Below the pieces are notes generated by a model. That model was not told where the DNA came from. It made no database searches and saw only the letters and a program-made list of their open reading frames with translations. The translations under genes were made by a program, and so were the position numbers. DNA of 41,724 bases from Gemmatimonadales bacterium (GTDB lineage Bacteria; Gemmatimonadota; Gemmatimonadetes; Gemmatimonadales; GWC2-71-9). The DNA lies in NCBI GenBank assembly GCA_036443495.1, contig JAZFYL010000092.1, positions 1-41,724 on the forward strand. Direction: 5' to 3'. Shown piece by piece: positions 36,851 through 41,724 of this stretch (positions are counted from its first letter, which is position 1; each line of letters opens with the position of its first letter).

Positions 36851-37843
36851 ATGGCTACGCTTTCGATCAGGCTAGACCGGAGCCGCGTGGAGCGGCTGCT
36901 GCGGGGCGCTGTTTCTGTCGTCCATCCGGGCGCGACGTTCAGGGTTCACGGTCCTGGCGCCCTGGATTGCCTCCAGGGGCTATTGACGAACGATCTCGTC
37001 GCACCCGGTGCCAACCAGTTGGTGTACGGCGCCCTGCTGACGCCCAAGGGCATGATCGTAGTCGACCTTTGGGTGAGCCGCAGACCAGCGGACCTCATAC
37101 TCATCGTCCCTGCGGAAGGCCACCAACAGACGGTCGAACTGCTGCAACGCAGCCTCCCGCCACGGCTCGCAACGGTGGAGGATCTCAGCCAATCCTGGTC
37201 GGCCATGTGGCTCTACGGCGATCACGTGGAAGGGGCACTGGCCGAGACCCGGTTGATCCACGCCCCCCCCGCCGTCGAACCGGGGGCCGTCACCGAAGCG
37301 AACCTGCTCGGCGTTCCGGTAATGGTCGCCGCCGGCTCCGCCCCCGCACCGTTCAAGTTCGTCCTGACCGGCCCGCGAGATGCCATCGCCCAGGTCGGGA
37401 TAGTTCTCGCGGACAACGGCGTAGCGACCGGAGACTCGGATGACTATCACGCCGCGCGCATTCTCGCCGGATGGCCCGCGCTCGGGCTGGAGATCGGCAG
37501 CAAGACCCTGCCGCAGGAAGTCCGGTTCGAGTCCCTCGAAGGCGTGTCGTATACCAAGGGCTGCTTCACGGGACAGGAGACCGTTTCCCGGGTCCATTTC
37601 CGGGGGCGTACCCAGCGGGAAGTGCGCGGCCTCGATTGGTCGGACCTGCAGCCGCTGGACGGGGCGGAAATTCACGGCGATCGTCTGCTGGGGGAAGTGC
37701 ACTCCGTGTTGGTCCTCCCCGACCGCCGGATCGGGCTTGGGACGGTCCGCCGGGAGGCTGATGTCGGCGACGCCGTGCTGGCCGGGGGCCGGGAAGCGAC
37801 GATCGTTCCCCTGCCGTTCGACCCCCCAGTTCAGGCTGCATGA
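36851..37843 (+). CDS. YgfZ/GcvT-like folate-binding protein
   Basis: G..A...LQGLLTND, LLTPKG, signature SYTKGCFTGQE.VSR. Confidence 0.88.
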   Translation: MATLSIRLDRSRVERLLRGAVSVVHPGATFRVHGPGALDCLQGLLTNDLVAPGANQLVYGALLTPKGMIVVDLWVSRRPADLILIVPAEGHQQTVELLQRSLPPRLATVEDLSQSWSAMWLYGDHVEGALAETRLIHAPPAVEPGAVTEANLLGVPVMVAAGSAPAPFKFVLTGPRDAIAQVGIVLADNGVATGDSDDYHAARILAGWPALGLEIGSKTLPQEVRFESLEGVSYTKGCFTGQETVSRVHFRGRTQREVRGLDWSDLQPLDGAEIHGDRLLGEVHSVLVLPDRRIGLGTVRREADVGDAVLAGGREATIVPLPFDPPVQAA

Positions 37844-38838
37844 TTCTCGTCACCGGCGCCACAGGTCTGGTTGGTCAGGATGTGCTCCGCGCCTTGGCGG
37901 CGCGAGGGACCTCCACCCTCGCAACCGTCCGAGATGCGGGTGGGTCCGCATTGGTGCAATCGTTGGGTGCCGAGCCGCTGTTCGGGGCGGTGGAAGATGA
38001 GAGCACCTGGCGGCAATCCATGCCCGCCCTCGACGGGATCGTTCACGCAGCGGCCATCGTCGCCGACCGCGTAGGTTGGGAACGATTCCAGGCGGTGAAC
38101 GTGCGCGGCACACAGTTGGCCTGTGACCTGGCCCGGCGGTGCGAGGTTCCACTGGTCCATGTCTCTTCCGTGTCTGTTTACGGCCGTCGCGCAGCCGATG
38201 ACGCGCCCTACAGCCTCTCCGAAGGGCATGCCTGGGGACCCCTCGATGAGCGGGACTACTACGCGCGGTCCAAGCGTCTGGCGGAGGAACACGTCACGAT
38301 CGAGTCCCACCGTGGGCTGCGGGCGTGCAGCTTGCGGCCGTGTGTCATCTATGGGCCGGGGGACCGCCTCCTGCTCCCGCGGCTGCTGGCAGCGGGGCGC
38401 CGTGGTTGGCTACCCCGGCTTGGTGCGGGCGATCAGCCCATGGCCCTGGTGCATTCCGCCAGCGTCGCGGAGGCCGCGCTCGCCGCTCTGGCGTCCGGCC
38501 GTGGTTGGGGCCGGGCATACAACGTCACCGGTGACGCCCCGGTAACGGCCGTCGAGGTCATCCAGGCCGTTACCGAGGTCGTGGGCCATCGCGTACGGAC
38601 CGTCGCGCTTCCGACAGCGCCGGTGCTCGGCTTGGCTCGCCTGGGTGAGGGCATGCTCAGCATGCTGGGCCCCCGCCGGTATCCCGGTACTCTCCAGGGA
38701 GCGGTGCGGTTCTGGCGAGGAGGGGACGCCTACAATTCGGAGGCTATCCGCCGGGATCTGTCGTGGAGCCCAAGAGTCGAACATCGGAAGGCATTGGTCG
38801 AAGCACTTAGAGCCGTGGAGCGGCGAGGAGCGCCCTGA
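37840..38838 (+). CDS. NAD-dependent epimerase/dehydratase (extended SDR, 3-beta-HSD-like)
   Basis: ILVTGATGLVG, VHAAA, NVRGT, HVSS.SVYG, YARSK, LRP..IYGPGD. Confidence 0.9.
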   Translation: MILVTGATGLVGQDVLRALAARGTSTLATVRDAGGSALVQSLGAEPLFGAVEDESTWRQSMPALDGIVHAAAIVADRVGWERFQAVNVRGTQLACDLARRCEVPLVHVSSVSVYGRRAADDAPYSLSEGHAWGPLDERDYYARSKRLAEEHVTIESHRGLRACSLRPCVIYGPGDRLLLPRLLAAGRRGWLPRLGAGDQPMALVHSASVAEAALAALASGRGWGRAYNVTGDAPVTAVEVIQAVTEVVGHRVRTVALPTAPVLGLARLGEGMLSMLGPRRYPGTLQGAVRFWRGGDAYNSEAIRRDLSWSPRVEHRKALVEALRAVERRGAP

Positions 38839-40316
38839 TGGACCAGCAGACCGCCACCCACCTCCCTCGTACCCTCGGGGAGTTGGAGCAAACCCCGTGG
38901 GGCGCCCCGCCGCTCAGAGGCCGTTCCGTCCGCGCCGAGATCCGCCACAATCTCTTGCGCGCCGTGGAAGACGGTCGGCCGTTGTTCCCCGGTATTGTGG
39001 GGTACGACGACACCATCATTCCGGAGATCGTGAACGCCCTGTTGGCACAACAGGATTTCGTTCTGTTGGGGCTCCGGGGCCAGGCCAAGAGCCGCTTGTT
39101 GAGGCAATTGGTCGACTTCCTCGACGAGGCCATCCCAATAGTGGCCGGCAGTGAGGTCAACGACGACCCCTTTGCTCCCGTGTCCAAGTTCGCCCGCAAT
39201 CTCATCGCGGAACGAGGGAGCGAAACGCCCATAGATTGGCTCGAGCGCGAACAGCGTTACGTCGAGAAACTGGCGACCCCGGACGTCACCATTGCCGACA
39301 TCATCGGAGACCTCGACCCCATCAAGGCCGCACGCGGCGGACACGTCCTGTCCGACGAACTCACCATGCACTATGGCCTGCTTCCCAGAGCCAATCGCGG
39401 CATCTTCACCATCAACGAGCTGCCGGACCTGGCCGGGAAGATCCAAGTGGGATTGCTGAACATCCTCCAGGAAGGCGACATCCAGATCAAGGGGTATCCG
39501 ATACGCCTGCGGCTCGACATCCTCATGGCCTTCACCGCCAACCCCGAGGACTACACCGCACGGGGGAAGATCATCACCCCGCTCAAGGATCGGATCGGTG
39601 CCGAAGTACTCACCCACTATCCGCCGACTCTGGAATTGGGTATGGCGATCACGGCACAGGAGGCGTGGGTCGATCGCGGGGGCCTACCGGTGCGGATACC
39701 AGACTTCGTCCTCGCGGTGGTGGAACAGGTCGCCTTCGAAGCCCGGGGAGACAAGCGTGTCGATCAGCGTTCGGGTGTGAGCCAGCGCCTGCCCATCAGC
39801 CTCCTGGAGCTCGCGGTGTCCAACGCGGAACAGCGCGGGGCCACCACCCAAGCGGAGGAAATCGTGCCGCGCATCGAAGATGTCCTCGCCGCGCTGCCCG
39901 CCATCACCGGGAAGCTGGAACTCGAGTACGAAGGCGAGTTGCAGGGCGCAGACACCATCGCCCTGGCATTGATACGCCGCGCCGTGGGGCAGATCTTCGG
40001 TGACCGGGTTGGCGGGGCGGATTATGACGGGATCATCGCCTGGTTCGACCAAGGTGGCGCCCTCAAGCTGTCGGGCAACCAAACCGCCGAAGCAAGCCTC
40101 ATGGGGTTCGCCACGGTTCCAGGGTTGGTGGAACTGGCCGACCGGGTGGGGTTGGCCACGCGCGGCGACACGGAATTCTCGGCCGCGGGGTGTGAATTCA
40201 TCCTCGAGGGCCTAACCGCGCAGAAACGCATCAGCAAGGACGAAATGATCGGTTACAATCGACAACCCTTGAGGCGGCGGGAACCGCCCACGAATCCCGG
40301 CATCAGTCTCGGTTGA
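38838..40316 (+). CDS. AAA+ ATPase of the magnesium-chelatase-like family (Rv0958-type)
   Basis: LLGLRGQAKSR Walker A, EKLATPD...AD.IGD.DP.K, NRGIF.INELPDL, TANPEDYT.RGKIITPLKDRIG. Confidence 0.85.
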   Translation: MDQQTATHLPRTLGELEQTPWGAPPLRGRSVRAEIRHNLLRAVEDGRPLFPGIVGYDDTIIPEIVNALLAQQDFVLLGLRGQAKSRLLRQLVDFLDEAIPIVAGSEVNDDPFAPVSKFARNLIAERGSETPIDWLEREQRYVEKLATPDVTIADIIGDLDPIKAARGGHVLSDELTMHYGLLPRANRGIFTINELPDLAGKIQVGLLNILQEGDIQIKGYPIRLRLDILMAFTANPEDYTARGKIITPLKDRIGAEVLTHYPPTLELGMAITAQEAWVDRGGLPVRIPDFVLAVVEQVAFEARGDKRVDQRSGVSQRLPISLLELAVSNAEQRGATTQAEEIVPRIEDVLAALPAITGKLELEYEGELQGADTIALALIRRAVGQIFGDRVGGADYDGIIAWFDQGGALKLSGNQTAEASLMGFATVPGLVELADRVGLATRGDTEFSAAGCEFILEGLTAQKRISKDEMIGYNRQPLRRREPPTNPGISLG

Positions 40317-40333
40317 CGCCCGGGTCGCGAGCG

Positions 40334-40954
40334 TTATTGCCCCATGGCCCGGGCACGCGCCACGATCACATCGGTCGCGCCGGCGAACCCCAGGCGCTCG
40401 GTATTGATGACCATGTCGTAGTTTACGGGGTCATTCCAATCCCGCTTGTAGTACTCCCGATGGTAGCGCTCCCGGTTCTTGTCGGTGCGGCGTAGAACCT
40501 CGCCGGCTTCCTTGCCACTCACTCCCAGCCGTTCGGCCGCCTGTCGGGTCCGGAATTCGAGGCCCGCGACCAGTTTCACGTGCAGGCCGTCACCACGTTG
40601 ACCCAGGACGGCCGGCGCCGCGCGACCCACCATCACCACCCGCCCCTCGGCAGCCAACTCGGCCACCAGGCTTTCCGTCATCCGGACGACGCTGGTCTCA
40701 TCCACGTCCTGGGTGGTGCCCGTAGCCGGCGGGAACAGTTCGGGGGCCGACGTTGCCATCGTCAGGGCCAGCCGCTCCACGAAACTGGGTGCGCGCTCTT
40801 CGAGTTTCGCGACTTCCTCTGGTGGCAGCCCGGCGCGGGCCGCAACTTCGTCTATGAACTCGTTGTCCACGACCGACCACCCGAGCGCCGCCGCCACCCG
40901 CCTGGCCACCTCGGAACCGCCTGCTCCGAACTGCCTCGAAATCGTGATGAGCAT
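40334..40954 (-). CDS. Cytidylate kinase-like family protein
   Basis: MLITISRQFGAGG..VA..VA..LG, V.VGR, D..R..Y, YD.VINT; ATG at 40954. Confidence 0.85.
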   Translation of the reverse strand: MLITISRQFGAGGSEVARRVAAALGWSVVDNEFIDEVAARAGLPPEEVAKLEERAPSFVERLALTMATSAPELFPPATGTTQDVDETSVVRMTESLVAELAAEGRVVMVGRAAPAVLGQRGDGLHVKLVAGLEFRTRQAAERLGVSGKEAGEVLRRTDKNRERYHREYYKRDWNDPVNYDMVINTERLGFAGATDVIVARARAMGQ

Positions 40955-40995
40955 AGCCGATAACCTATCGCTCGGTGTCTGGGACCACCACTCCA

Positions 40996-41724
40996 CTAGA
41001 CCGATTCGTCCCCGGGGTGCCGCCGCCGCGACCGCCGCCGGTGGTACCAGAGAGCCGCGGCGCCGATAGAGCACAGCACTCCCCCGATCGCCATGGCCGC
41101 CCGGACGCCTAGCACCTCCGAAAGCCAGCCAATCTGCAAGGCGCCCAGTGGCGCCACGCCGAGGGCCATGAAAGCGTAGAACCCCATGACGCGTCCGCGC
41201 AAATCATCGGGGGCCTGGATTTGGAGCATCGTGTTGATACTCACATACGTCAGGATGAGCGCGGCGCCGGCTGCCGCAAGAATGAACGCCGCCACCCAGA
41301 ACCATGGGGTGAATCCCACCATGACAAGCAACACACCCAGTATGCCGGCCGAACCGTAGACCAAACGATGTCGCGGGGCATGGCTGCCGAACCACGCCAG
41401 GAACAGCGCGCCCGCCAACGCGCCCACGCCCACGGACGCCACCAGCACTCCGTAACCTTCGGCGCCAACGTGGACCGCATCACGGGCGAACACCGGCAAC
41501 ATCACCACGAACGAACCGCCGAAAACGCTCATGATCCCGGTCATGACCATCAATCGGCGTGGGCTAGGCCGGCCCACCACAAAGCGCATGCCTTCACGGA
41601 ACGCCGAGGCGGCGTTGACGTTGGCCGGCGCGAGAGCGCCCGGCGGGAACCTCATGAACAGCAGTGCGGCGAGAACGGCGAGAAAACTGACGGCGTTCAC
41701 GACGAAGGTCGTCCCGATTCCCAC
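40996..41724 (-). CDS. MFS transporter (C-terminal half; 5' truncated by window edge)
   Basis: NAVSFL, LPVFA, G..GYG.L....GVGAL.GAL, Q..APD.LRGRVMG; six or more TM helices. Confidence 0.9.
   Translation of the reverse strand: MGIGTTFVVNAVSFLAVLAALLFMRFPPGALAPANVNAASAFREGMRFVVGRPSPRRLMVMTGIMSVFGGSFVVMLPVFARDAVHVGAEGYGVLVASVGVGALAGALFLAWFGSHAPRHRLVYGSAGILGVLLVMVGFTPWFWVAAFILAAAGAALILTYVSINTMLQIQAPDDLRGRVMGFYAFMALGVAPLGALQIGWLSEVLGVRAAMAIGGVLCSIGAAALWYHRRRSRRRHPGDESV

Noticed and set aside
497-40237. Many long antisense or alternate-frame ORFs (e.g. 1745-2671 -, 5578-6477 -, 18499-19461 +, 23449-24384 +, 33037-34053 -)
   Set aside because: They lie wholly over well-supported genes, lack recognisable motifs, and are expected from stop-codon scarcity in high-GC DNA

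Overview
A GC-rich bacterial chromosomal segment with about 38 densely packed genes, mostly housekeeping. Gene content and order suggest Gemmatimonadota (inference, no search run). (i) A + strand run: ruvB-queA-tgt-yajC-def-fmt-tenI/thiE-thiS-thiG-rsmB-PASTA protein-rpe-TlpA-tsaD-lgt. (ii) A - strand block: Omp85/TamA-TamB-DAG-kinase family-GAF/PAS histidine kinase-NtrC-type regulator-unannotated 59-aa 8-Cys zinc-finger microprotein-HAD hydrolase-hypothetical-acpS, followed by a cytochrome c/FTR1 iron permease with a Fur-like box over its start codon. (iii) A + strand run: dacB-sixA-pduO-aroB-sigma70 factor-glcDEF-ygfZ-SDR-AAA ATPase, converging on an MFS transporter and a cytidylate-kinase-like gene. 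No rRNA, tRNA, CRISPR array or mobile element was recognised. The best candidate for an undescribed system is the - strand signalling module. It combines a soluble multi-sensor kinase, an NtrC-like regulator with altered sigma54-contact (GAFAGA) and Walker B (IEDI) motifs, and a FYVE-spaced 4xCxxC microprotein missing from the ORF track, all embedded among envelope-lipid genes. Other notable signals are DnaA-box-like sites and palindromes upstream of the sigma factor, drifting 7/8-bp tandem repeats in intergenic gaps, and repeated leaderless-type -10 motifs.
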